64,000 nt of DNA from Eubacteriales bacterium (GTDB taxonomy: Bacteria > Bacillota > Clostridia > Oscillospirales > CAG-272), in contig JAZRCT010000020.1 in assembly GCA_045659905.1 (NCBI GenBank), forward strand, positions 194 through 64,193, written 5' to 3'. Shown here piece after piece: positions 45,792 to 55,400 of this stretch. The position numbers and the translations under genes were made by a program. Position 1 is the stretch's first letter, and each line of letters starts with the position of its first letter. Below the pieces are notes generated by a model, which worked only from the letters and a program-made list of their open reading frames with translations, made no database searches and was not told the origin of the DNA.

Positions 45792-47001
45792 TTTCTATCT
45801 TTACCTTTATTCCGAGCATTTGAAGATGACGGAAGAAGTCAGGATAGCTTTTGTCTATTGCCGAAGCGCCCTCTATATAGCCACCCACAAGGGTGAGAAG
45901 CACCGCCATTGACATCACTATTCTGTGGTCGTTGTGCGAGCATATCGGTACAGATGGGGATTTCAGCTCTTGCTTTTTGATTATTACTTTGTCGTCGTAA
46001 ACCTCGACTAAAGCACCAAGCTTCGAAAGCTCCTCCTTCATCGCAGACGCTCGGTCGCTTTCCTTTATTTTTAGTCTTGCCGTGCCTATAAATTCACCGC
46101 CAAACTTAGCGGCAGCAACGGCGAAAAGAATAGGACCGAGGTCGGGGCAGTCGGAAATATCTATTTTGGCAAAGCCACGGTTAAGTGAAAGGAAATGCTC
46201 TCTGTATACCCTGTCACCCTGAAGGCTGCAGGGTAGCAGTCCCTCGACAGTAACCTCGCCGCCAAAGAGATTCAGCGCCTCAATAAATGCGCTTCCCGAA
46301 TAATCTCCCTCGACCGAAAGTGAGCGGGGACGGTATCGTCCCGATTCGATGCCGATAGTAAATTGGTCTAAAAACTTTGCATGTATTCCGAATTCTCTTA
46401 CTGCCGCAAGCGTCATTTCAACGTATGAACGGCTTTCAAATGGCGGAATTATTTTAATAGTGCTTGATTTTTCCGTAAGAGGGAGCGCAAAAATCAGTCC
46501 CGTGATAAATTGGCTGCTGATATCGCCCGGTATCACGTACTCGCTGGGCGGTATCTTTCCCTCGACCGTGAGAGAATTACCCTCACGCCTGAAGGTATAA
46601 CCGTTGTCAGCGTAAATTTTTTCATATACCGAAAGCGGGCGCTCCATAAGTCTTTTAGCACCGCAAAATTCCACGCTCTTGCCCGTAAGCGAGGCAATCG
46701 GAATAAGGAATCTCAGCGTGCTTCCGCTTTCATTGGCAAAAAGCTTAGATGCTGGCGTGGCTTTCGTAATATCCACACCGTACACGGTATATGTGCCGCT
46801 TTCTCTGTCTATTTCTATTTTTGCTCCAAGCGCCCGAAGACAGTCTACCGTGGCGCTTACGTCCTGACATTCTCTGATACCGTAAAGCTCGCTCCTTCCC
46901 TCGGCAAGCGCCGCTGCTATAAGCATTCTGTGCGCTATGCTTTTTGAGGTCGGTGCGCTTACCGTACCCTTTGCCAAGGACGGCTTAATTTCAACTCTCA
47001 T
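45778..47001 (-). CDS. aroA: 3-phosphoshikimate 1-carboxyvinyltransferase (EPSP synthase)
   Basis: 407 aa, the typical EPSPS N-terminus PTSKSIAHRMLIAAALAEG. Overlaps tyrA by 14 nt. Confidence 0.9.
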   Translation of the reverse strand: MRVEIKPSLAKGTVSAPTSKSIAHRMLIAAALAEGRSELYGIRECQDVSATVDCLRALGAKIEIDRESGTYTVYGVDITKATPASKLFANESGSTLRFLIPIASLTGKSVEFCGAKRLMERPLSVYEKIYADNGYTFRREGNSLTVEGKIPPSEYVIPGDISSQFITGLIFALPLTEKSSTIKIIPPFESRSYVEMTLAAVREFGIHAKFLDQFTIGIESGRYRPRSLSVEGDYSGSAFIEALNLFGGEVTVEGLLPCSLQGDRVYREHFLSLNRGFAKIDISDCPDLGPILFAVAAAKFGGEFIGTARLKIKESDRASAMKEELSKLGALVEVYDDKVIIKKQELKSPSVPICSHNDHRIVMSMAVLLTLVGGYIEGASAIDKSYPDFFRHLQMLGIKVKIENEAE

Positions 47002-47431
47002 TTTTCTTATCTATCAGTATCTGACAGCCCTTAAGATAGCCGTCAGTACCAAGGCCCGTTACAGTCGCAACGCAGGCTCTCCTTATGTAGCTTATTTGTC
47101 TGAAATCCTCTCGCTCCTCAACCTTTGAGATATGTACCTCGACCGAGGGAAGCCTTGTAGAGAGCAGAGCATCGAGAAGCGCAATCGAGGTATGCGTGTA
47201 AGCTCCGGGGTTTATTACTATACCGTCAGCTCCCCCAAAATACGCCTCGTGAATTTTATCAACTAAGTCCCCCTCGTGGTTGGATTGATAAAATACGCAT
47301 TCAACGTCTCTTTCGGCGCAATATCGACGAACCTTTTGAATTAGCGCATCGTAGCTTTCGCTGCCGTATTTGTCGGGCTCTCTTATGCCAAGCAGGTTAA
47401 GATTTGGTCCGTTGATAATGTAAAGCTTCAT
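46991..47431 (-). CDS. aroQ: type II 3-dehydroquinate dehydratase
   Basis: 146 aa, INGPNLNLLG.REP..YG, SNHEG and NPGAYTHTS motifs. Confidence 0.95.
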   Translation of the reverse strand: MKLYIINGPNLNLLGIREPDKYGSESYDALIQKVRRYCAERDVECVFYQSNHEGDLVDKIHEAYFGGADGIVINPGAYTHTSIALLDALLSTRLPSVEVHISKVEEREDFRQISYIRRACVATVTGLGTDGYLKGCQILIDKKNES

Positions 47432-47465
47432 TGTGTACCTCGGTTAAATTTTTTGAGTAATTGAT

Positions 47466-48710
47466 TTATTGCTTTTCCTCGAATTTTTCTAAAATCCGTA
47501 AGAGCACCCGGCTCTTTTCGCAGTCTGCGTCAATTCTGAAATCGCAGACCGAAAGATATATAGGATAGCGCTCGTTATAGCGCTGTAAAATTGCTTCCTT
47601 AGTAGAGGATAGGGGTCTGTCGTCGGTAGGAATTAAGGCTGATACGGGGCGGTCTATAAAGTATATTTTGCCGTTTTTCTTCAGCTCTCTTACGTTTTCA
47701 CGCCTCAGCACAGCGCCTCCGCCCGTCGCAATTACAACGCCGCTATGCTTCGCAAGCTCGCCTATCGCTAAGGCTTCCTTTTCCCTGAAATATTCCTCGC
47801 CGTACCTTGAGAAAATTTCGGGAATTTCCATACCCGTAAGCTCTCTTACCGCATCGTCAGAGTCGAATATCTGCCTTTTCAGCTCCTCGCCGAGAAGCCC
47901 TGCCATAGTGGTCTTTCCCGAGGCAGGCATACCGACTAGGACTATATTTTCCTTTTCCTTGTAAATTCTTTCGTATATTTCGTCAAGCGTGCCGTCGGGA
48001 TAAGTCTTACCAAGAAAAATCTCGGATGCTCTTACCGCCTGAGCTACTAGCATATAAAGACCTCCCTCGGCTGGAATGCTCCTTTCTCTTGCCGAGAGAA
48101 TAAGCTCGGTCGAGAGGGGATTGTATACCGCATCAAGCACGCCGACAAGCCTGCTGAAGCAGGATAAATCAATAGGCGAACTTTGCGTTTTTGGGAACAT
48201 TCCCACGGGAGTTGTATTTATTATTATCTCGGCATCTGTGTGTGATTTGTAAACATCAGTGTACAAAACCGCCCCCTCTTTGCCGTCCCTCGATGCCCTT
48301 ACTATTTCACGAGCGCCGTAGTGCTTAGCCACCGCATACGCAGTCTTTGAAGTGCCGCCCGTGCCTAAAATAAGCACCTTTCTTTCAGAAAAAGAAATCC
48401 CTGCGTGACGAGCAAGCTCGCTCATTCCGTAAAAGTCGGTATTATAGCCGTAAAGCCTGCCGTCACGGTTTACCACCGTATTTACAGCGCCGATAAGCCT
48501 TGCAGGCTCGTCAACGTAATAAAGATGCGGTATAACCTTTTCCTTGTAGGGAATAGTCACGTTTATCGCCTTGAAATCCCGCTTTTCCATAAACGCGGAA
48601 ACCTCGTCCGGGCGAAGCTCCTTAAGTATATAATCGTAATCGCAAAGAGCGTTATGTATTTCCTTTGAGAAGCTGTGCCGAAGCACCTCTCCTATACAGC
48701 CGTATTCCAT
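47466..48710 (-). CDS. aroE: fused shikimate dehydrogenase / shikimate kinase
   Basis: 414 aa. The N-terminal roughly 245 aa are AroE (NVTIPYK, YNTD, GTGGTS). The C-terminal roughly 160 aa are AroK (Walker A GMPASGKTT). Confidence 0.9.
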   Translation of the reverse strand: MEYGCIGEVLRHSFSKEIHNALCDYDYILKELRPDEVSAFMEKRDFKAINVTIPYKEKVIPHLYYVDEPARLIGAVNTVVNRDGRLYGYNTDFYGMSELARHAGISFSERKVLILGTGGTSKTAYAVAKHYGAREIVRASRDGKEGAVLYTDVYKSHTDAEIIINTTPVGMFPKTQSSPIDLSCFSRLVGVLDAVYNPLSTELILSARERSIPAEGGLYMLVAQAVRASEIFLGKTYPDGTLDEIYERIYKEKENIVLVGMPASGKTTMAGLLGEELKRQIFDSDDAVRELTGMEIPEIFSRYGEEYFREKEALAIGELAKHSGVVIATGGGAVLRRENVRELKKNGKIYFIDRPVSALIPTDDRPLSSTKEAILQRYNERYPIYLSVCDFRIDADCEKSRVLLRILEKFEEKQ

Positions 48711-48769
48711 ATTTTACCGTTCCTTAGATTTATGCTGAGTGCAGTATATCCGAGCGTAGGGCGCTCGGG

Positions 48770-49867
48770 TTACGGCTTTGCAAGATAATCCGTGCCGTAT
48801 CTCGTCACGAGAAGGTCTGCGAGCGTCAGAGCGCACATAGCGTCTACTACCGCACGTGCTCTGTGTATTATAGCGGGGTCGTGCCTGCCCTCTATCTTGA
48901 TTTTACATTCCTCGCCCGATTTGAGATTTACGCTATTCTGCTCTACGAATATAGAGGGTGTGGGCTTTACGGCTAGCGAAAAGACTATCGGCATACCGTT
49001 AGTAATACCGCCGTTGATGCCGCCGTTGTTGTTGGTGCTCGTGGCTACCTTGCCGTCCTCTGCGAAAATAAAGGCGTCGTTTGCCTCAGAGCCGTATTTT
49101 TTAGCAAATCCGAAGCCAAGCCCGAATTCAATACCCTTTATCGCAGGTATAGAGAGCATTGCCTTAGCAAGCATACCCTCGACCGTGTCAAACCAAGGCT
49201 CGCCCACGCCTGCCGGGATTCCGTATACTGCGCATTCCAGAACGCCGCCTACGCTGTCGCCCTTTGCGGCAGCCGCAAGTATCTCGTCTGTCATACCCTT
49301 GCCTGCCGATTGCGAAAGAGTGGGGAATTCCGAGGAATTAAGCTTAAGGATATCCTCGGCGTAGTTTTCAAAGGGGCGGTCGCAAATGCCGTGAAGCTCC
49401 TTTATGTGAGTTCCGATTACGATGCCCTTCTTTTCGAGCGCCGAGCGAATCAGTGCGCCCGCTGCCACGATAGGAGCAGTAAGCCTTCCCGAGAAGTGTC
49501 CTCCGCCCGCCTTGTCCTGATAGCCGTGATACTTTACCTCTGCGGTATAGTCGGCGTGCGAGGGGCGGGGTGTGTTTTCAAGATTTGAATATGACGAGGA
49601 CTTCTTATTTTCGTTTCTTATGAGCATAAGAACAGGAGTGCCCTCGGTGTAGCCGTCCTTTACGCCGCTCAGAAATTCCACCCTGTCGGCTTCCTTCCTG
49701 GGGGTGGAGATGCCGCCCTTAGCCCTGCGCTTTTGCATCTCGCTTTCAATATATTCCTCGTCTACGGCAATACCTGGCGCTACGCCGTCAAGCACGCAGC
49801 CGATGGCCTCGCCGTGGCTTTCGCCAAATAGGGTAATCGTTAGGTTATTGCCAAAAGAGTTTTTCAT
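48770..49867 (-). CDS. aroC: chorismate synthase
   Basis: 365 aa, FGESHG, RPSHAD and GRHDP motifs. Confidence 0.95.
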   Translation of the reverse strand: MKNSFGNNLTITLFGESHGEAIGCVLDGVAPGIAVDEEYIESEMQKRRAKGGISTPRKEADRVEFLSGVKDGYTEGTPVLMLIRNENKKSSSYSNLENTPRPSHADYTAEVKYHGYQDKAGGGHFSGRLTAPIVAAGALIRSALEKKGIVIGTHIKELHGICDRPFENYAEDILKLNSSEFPTLSQSAGKGMTDEILAAAAKGDSVGGVLECAVYGIPAGVGEPWFDTVEGMLAKAMLSIPAIKGIEFGLGFGFAKKYGSEANDAFIFAEDGKVATSTNNNGGINGGITNGMPIVFSLAVKPTPSIFVEQNSVNLKSGEECKIKIEGRHDPAIIHRARAVVDAMCALTLADLLVTRYGTDYLAKP

Positions 49868-49916
49868 TCTTATGACCGTTCCTTTTCTTCATTTTAGGGG
49901 TAATGTTTAAAATAAA

Positions 49917-50927
49917 TTAATTTCCTGCTTTAATATGGCTTATCAGACTGTCAATCGATATCTTTTCTATTCTGAAGCTTCCTATTTCGTCAACGAATAC
50001 TGCGGCTATTTTGTCGCCGTCGCATTTCTTGTCGTGCTTCATAAATTCAAAGGCGTCGCCCTCTGCCATAGGAGCTTGCGTGGGGAGAGAAAATTTCTTA
50101 AGCAGCTCTGCTATGCGTACCCTCGCTCCCTCGCTTGCCATAGGCAGCATACCGATAGCAACGCACTCTCCGTGAAGATAATCGCTCGTAGCCTCTACCG
50201 CATGACCGTAGGTGTGCCCGAAATTAAGCACACGGCGAAGCCCCGATTCCTTTTCGTCAGCTTCCACCACCGAGCGCTTTATATTGACCGCCCTTAAGAT
50301 AATGCACTCAAGCTCGGAATTTTCTCCGTAAGCCTCAAGCATAGAGAAAAGCTCCGAGTCGCTCGTTGCCGCCATCTTTATAATCTCGGCAAAGCCTGCC
50401 GATACCTGCCTTTTGTCAAGCGTCCGTAGTGTGTCCGTGTCTATAAGCACGCCCTTTGGCTGATGGAATACGCCGACAATGTTTTTAGTACCCATAAAGT
50501 CGACTGCGCATTTGCCGCCGACGGAGGAATCCACCTGCGAAAGAAGCGTAGTCGGCACGTTGTAAAAATCAATGCCTCGCATATATGTGCCTGCGGCAAA
50601 GCCGCTCATATCTCCGCACACACCGCCGCCTACCGCAACCACGCAGTCGTCTCTGTGCATACCGAATTCGTGCATAGCACGAAGAATTCCCTCGTAGGTT
50701 GCGAGCGTCTTATTGCACTCACCCTCCGTAAATGTGTGTATTCTGTATTCCTTGCAGCTCTTGGCTACCGCCCTTGCATACTCAAGGGGAACGCCCGAGT
50801 CGGTGACTATCAACACACGCCTGTTCAAATTAAAAAACTCGCCTGCGTGTGAGAGCAGTCCCCGACCTACCGTGATATCGTAGCTTGCCGATGGAAGCCT
50901 TAAGCTGATTTTACCCTTTATTTCCAT
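49917..50927 (-). CDS. aroB: 3-dehydroquinate synthase
   Basis: 336 aa, GGGV.GD..GF, NFGHT.GHA motifs. Confidence 0.9.
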   Translation of the reverse strand: MEIKGKISLRLPSASYDITVGRGLLSHAGEFFNLNRRVLIVTDSGVPLEYARAVAKSCKEYRIHTFTEGECNKTLATYEGILRAMHEFGMHRDDCVVAVGGGVCGDMSGFAAGTYMRGIDFYNVPTTLLSQVDSSVGGKCAVDFMGTKNIVGVFHQPKGVLIDTDTLRTLDKRQVSAGFAEIIKMAATSDSELFSMLEAYGENSELECIILRAVNIKRSVVEADEKESGLRRVLNFGHTYGHAVEATSDYLHGECVAIGMLPMASEGARVRIAELLKKFSLPTQAPMAEGDAFEFMKHDKKCDGDKIAAVFVDEIGSFRIEKISIDSLISHIKAGN

Positions 50928-50937
50928 AAAAAGCCTC

Positions 50938-52020
50938 TTATTTCTTGTACGAGCCTACGAATTTAACCTTGTCGCAGTACTCTTCAAGGTCCTCAAGCAT
51001 TCGCTTGCCCTCTTTTGAGTTGATATTACCCTCGGCCTCTATGTAGAAATAGTATTGCCACATAGCGTCCTTTACGGGCCTTGAACGGAGCGTACGCATA
51101 TTGAAATTGTGCTTTCCTATAATGTCAAGCGCCTTTGCTAGCGCGCCCGCCTCGTTCCTTACCGTGAAAAGCATAATCGAATGAAGCCCCGAAATATTAG
51201 CGTCGTATTTATGCTCGGAGCGAGAGAACACCGCAAATCTCGTCGTGTTGGTTCTTTGCTCGTTGATATTCTTCTCTATAACCTCAAGCCCGAATATCCT
51301 TGCCGCCTCCTCGCTGGCAATAGCCGCCACGCTCTTGTCGCCAAGCCTTTTTACCTCCTCGGCAGCGAGAGCGGTATTTTCAAATTCTTCCTCGGAAAAT
51401 CCAAGGCGTCTTATATAGCCCTTGCACTGCGCAAGCGCCTGAGGATGGCTGATAACCCGCTTTATATCCGAAAGCTTTGCGCCTGGTACGCCTAAAAGAC
51501 AGTGAGTTATATCGATATCAACGACGCCGTTAACCTTAAGCTCACCCGAGAGCATAAGGTCGGTAACTGCGCCCACCTCGCCGTTGTAGCTGTTTTCAAT
51601 AGGAAGCACTACGCTTTCGCACTCGCCCGAAACGCAGGCGGCATAAGCGCTTTCAAAATTGGGATAAGCAATTTTTCTTGCGTTCTTGAAAAGCTTGCAG
51701 CAGGCAATATACGCAAAAGCACCCGCAACGCCCGAGTAGGCGACCCGCATACCGTTCATAATCATATCCTGATAGCTTCTCGATATTGCCATATTGCTTT
51801 CAAGGAAATTAACGAAGAAAGGGCGAAGCTCGTCCGAGTCAAGCTTTTTTGCGTTGCTTTCTATTACTGCCTGCTCACGAACACGGTCGAGTATTGGGAG
51901 ACCGTTTTCAATCTTGTATTCCGCAACCTCTCTTGCCGCATTCATTCTGGCAACGAAAAGCCTTCTCAGCTCGTTGTCGATTTCGTTTATGTCCTTTCTT
52001 ATTTCGGCTAAATCTCTCAT
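50938..52020 (-). CDS. pheA: bifunctional chorismate mutase / prephenate dehydratase (with ACT domain)
   Basis: 360 aa. N-terminal CM_2 helix (IRKDINEIDNELRRLFVARM). PDT core (ISHPQALAQC, TRF). C-terminal ACT domain. Confidence 0.9.
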   Translation of the reverse strand: MRDLAEIRKDINEIDNELRRLFVARMNAAREVAEYKIENGLPILDRVREQAVIESNAKKLDSDELRPFFVNFLESNMAISRSYQDMIMNGMRVAYSGVAGAFAYIACCKLFKNARKIAYPNFESAYAACVSGECESVVLPIENSYNGEVGAVTDLMLSGELKVNGVVDIDITHCLLGVPGAKLSDIKRVISHPQALAQCKGYIRRLGFSEEEFENTALAAEEVKRLGDKSVAAIASEEAARIFGLEVIEKNINEQRTNTTRFAVFSRSEHKYDANISGLHSIMLFTVRNEAGALAKALDIIGKHNFNMRTLRSRPVKDAMWQYYFYIEAEGNINSKEGKRMLEDLEEYCDKVKFVGSYKK

Positions 52021-52059
52021 AGTTAAAATCCCTTACGCATATAAATGTTTATGCATATT

Positions 52060-52087
52060 ATTATACACCCGTACTCAGGAAAGTCAA
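52060..52087 (-). promoter_or_regulatory. sigma-A promoter of the aromatic super-operon
   Basis: Minus strand reads TTGACT-16 nt-TATAAT, about 35 nt upstream of the pheA ATG. There is no room for an attenuator. Confidence 0.55.
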
Positions 52088-52288
52088 GGGCACAGAAGCA
52101 AAAAAATGTATTTTATTTCGTATTTTATGCATAAAAACTCATACCCGAAAAGCGCCTTGCACGCAAAATCGGCGGGACTTTGCAAAAACATCTTCTGCAT
52201 CATACTTCCTATATATCCGATTGGCTTTGCGAAATGCGGGACTGATATGCCTAAGTCATACCGAATAAGGCTTTGATATACCGTTAAA

Positions 52289-52320
52289 ATCTCCCGATTC
52301 TTCGGGGGATTTTTTCTTTT
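52289..52320 (+). terminator. orphan plus-strand intrinsic terminator in a divergent intergenic region
   Basis: ATCTCCCGA-ttct-TCGGGGGAT (9 bp, one G-U pair) followed by TTTTTCTTTT. There is no annotated plus-strand gene upstream. Confidence 0.6.
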
Positions 52321-52410
52321 TTCTATCTCGCTTTACCGAAAATAGCAAGGGAAATAACGCATCTGCTGATTTTATAGCGCTTATTGCGACCTTTAAGCGA
52401 TTCTAAGCTA

Positions 52411-52439
52411 TTTTCTTTCCTCGCTTGCGGTGATATAAT
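52411..52439 (+). promoter_or_regulatory. extended -10 promoter of the giant surface-protein gene
   Basis: TGaTATAAT at 52431-52439. The -35 is weak (TTTTCT). Confidence 0.4.
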
Positions 52440-52471
52440 TCTTAGGAAAATATTACCAAAAGGAGAGAAAA

Positions 52472-55400
52472 ATGTTTATCTTAAAGCTTGCAAGACTTTT
52501 AGTCCTGCTTATTTTCGGAGTTGCCTCGTCCATAGGAGGAAATGCGCAGTCTTTCGAATATAGCTCGGAATATACAGTAAGCCTTTGCTCGTATGAAACG
52601 AGCGCCGAGTATACCTTAGAGAGCGGCGGCGACTGTTATATCCTGAAATGCGGCGAATCCGAAAGCCGCTTTTCAGAACCCTACGAGGCGATAAATTCCT
52701 TGCCCGACGGAGCAGAGCTTAAATTATGCGCACTTTCCTGCGGCGGCGGAGTAATCGAGCGCTCACTCACGCTAAGCGGCGAGCTTACCGTCACGTCGGG
52801 CAATCTTGCGATTCTCGGCGGTACTGTTACTATTGATGGGATTTCCTTAGAGCTTAAATCGGGCGGCGTCATTATCAAGGACGGTGAGCTTCTGATAAAC
52901 GGCGGTGAGCTTCATTCCTATGCGGCTGAGGCGATTTCCTTATCCTCAACCTCCTCCTCGCTCCTCGTTTCGGGCGGAGAAATTTACTCCGAAAATGCTT
53001 CTGCGATAAGAAACACGCTCGGCAGAGTAATAATTTCGGGCGGTAAAATAAGCTCACGGTATACAAATTGCGTGTATAACTGCTCAGAGCTTATAATATC
53101 GGGCGGCAGTCTTACGTCAGAGCTCCCCGAAATTTCAAGCTCCGTGCCAATATTCCTATCGCACGGCGGCGATTATTTTTCGGAAAGGCTGAGAGTTGAA
53201 TACCGAGAGGGCTTTAAGAAGGGAAAAATTACTCCCGTTTTCTTGGGGGCAAGCGCAGCGCAGGCAGAGCTTATTTCGGTAAGCGATAGCTCGGGCGAGG
53301 AATATCCGCTTTCCTTTACCCTAAGCTCCGAGAGCCTGCTTCTGGATTGCTTTCTTTCGGTAAATCTGCCCTACGAGGTGAAATTTTATCACGGTGACGA
53401 GCTGCTCCTTTCCTCTTATCTCTACGACGGAGAAGCTCTTTCACAGCCGAGTGTCAGCGCTCCGACAGGATACTCGCTCTTTGGGTGGTACACCGATTAT
53501 ACGCTTAGTGAAAGATATGCGTTCGGTATGGGCGTAAGCGGAGATTTGTCACTCTTTTCGGAATTTCGGCTGATACCGCCGAGCTTTGAAATTTCAAGCC
53601 TTTCCTTTACCTACGATAAGGCATCTCACCTCTTAGCCTTTGACAGAATATATCACCCCTGCCTCGACGAGGGAAAGCTCTACTATAAGTGGTATAAGGA
53701 CGGAGCTGTAATCAGCTCAAAGGAGATGCTTGAATTATCCAAGGTTTCGGATAGCGGAAGCTATAAATGTGAACTTACATTTACCTATAACGGCGATTTC
53801 AGCTATTCCGTTACCCCCGAATTGAATGTAGAAATATTCCCGAAGCTCGTTGAAATATCCCCACCGGCGAGCAAGGAATACACAGGCGAAATACTGTATC
53901 CCGACATAGCCGAATCCGAGCTCTATTACAGCGATTTTAAGGGCGGAGTTGAGGCTGGCGTATACGAGGTTATTCTTACTATGCACGACGGTGAAAATTA
54001 CCGCTTTTCCGAAGGGGTATCCCCAAGCCTTACGCTTAATTTTTCCATAACCCGTGCTAAAAACTATTTCACCGAAATATCCGTCGCCGAGGAATATTTT
54101 ATCGGTACTCCGTTTGACGCCGTATTCCGCACCCGCTTCGGTACGCCGAGGCTGCTGTTTTCGCTTGAGAGCGGGCAGGGCTTTAGCGATAAATTCCCAA
54201 GCGAGGCAGGGGAGTATTACCTTATGGCGTCGGTCGACCCTTGCGAGAGCTTTGAGGGTGTCACAAGCTCGCCTATTCCGTTTAGCCTAAAAGAAGACTC
54301 GCTGATATCGCTTGATTTGCTTACACCGCCGACTAAGCTTTCATACCTTGCGTTTGAATTTGTCAGCCTTGAGGGAATTTCGCTTGAGGCAACCTATCTT
54401 AGCGGCGTTAAGACCGAGGTTCCCGCATCTCTCATTAGCGTAGAATATAAGAATTCCTACGGTCTTTCGGTGACCGACCGCTCCGTCACGCTTTCCTACC
54501 TTGATTTAGCGATACCGCTCTCGGTTAGCGTTTCCCCCTGCGATTACGATATTTCGGGGATAGAATTCAGCGACAAAAGCCTGCCATTTTGCGGTAAGTG
54601 GCAAACCTTAAGCGCCGCAGGGAAAATCGTAGGCAAGGACGGTAAGGAGCTTTTGATGTCACTTAGAGGCGGCGGAGTAAATGCAGGCAGATACACCGTG
54701 AGCCTTGAATTTACCTCGCAAAGCCTTAATTACAATACGCCGCCTACGCTTTACAGGACGCTTGATATCACCCCGCTTGAGGTAGTATGCGAGTATTCAA
54801 ATCTTGAATTTATCTACGACGGCAGCGTAAAAGCGCCGAGCGCCGCTGCTTACGGAGTGAATTCCTTACCTCTTTCGGTGAGGGTTGAATCCGTGTTCAT
54901 CGATGCGGGGAGCTATACAGTAAGTGCCGTGCTTCCCGACGGTAATTACAGGCTTAAAAATCCCTCCGTCAGCTTCGTTATAAAAAAAGCACCCCTTAAT
55001 CTTTCGGGAGCGAGGCTTTCGGAAAGTAGCTTTATCTACGACGGTAAGCCTAAAAGCGTGTCGCTCGTCGGACTTCCCGAGGCGGTTTATGCGGTGGGAT
55101 ATCTCGATTCGGTATACACCGAGGCAGGGGATTATCTTGCGAGAGTAAGCCTTTCCTTCGACGAAAGAAACTATTATCTCGATTCGCAGCTTTCCTATAA
55201 ATGGAGCATAGCCAAGGCAGAGTACGATATGTCGGGTATTGAATTTCTTGATACCGAGGTTGTCTACGACGGAAAATCCCATACGCCAAGAGTGGTAGGA
55301 AGACTTCCCGTCGGCGCTGACGGAAGCTCGCCGGAATACCGATTTTTAAATAGCGTGTGCGACGTCACCGGTGACGGCGTATCGGTGACAGCGGTATTCT

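Noticed and set aside
51794-52276. 160-aa plus-strand ORF spanning the pheA 5' end and the intergenic region.
   Set aside because: Most of it is antisense to pheA. The remainder has no RBS. Only its final roughly 49 codons are intergenic and they are unconvincing as a small protein.
52021-52330. Search for a T-box or leader-peptide attenuator upstream of pheA.
   Set aside because: The promoter sits only about 35 nt from the ATG. I saw no T-box consensus (AGGGTGGTACCGCG-like) or its complement, and no Phe/Tyr-rich mini-ORF.
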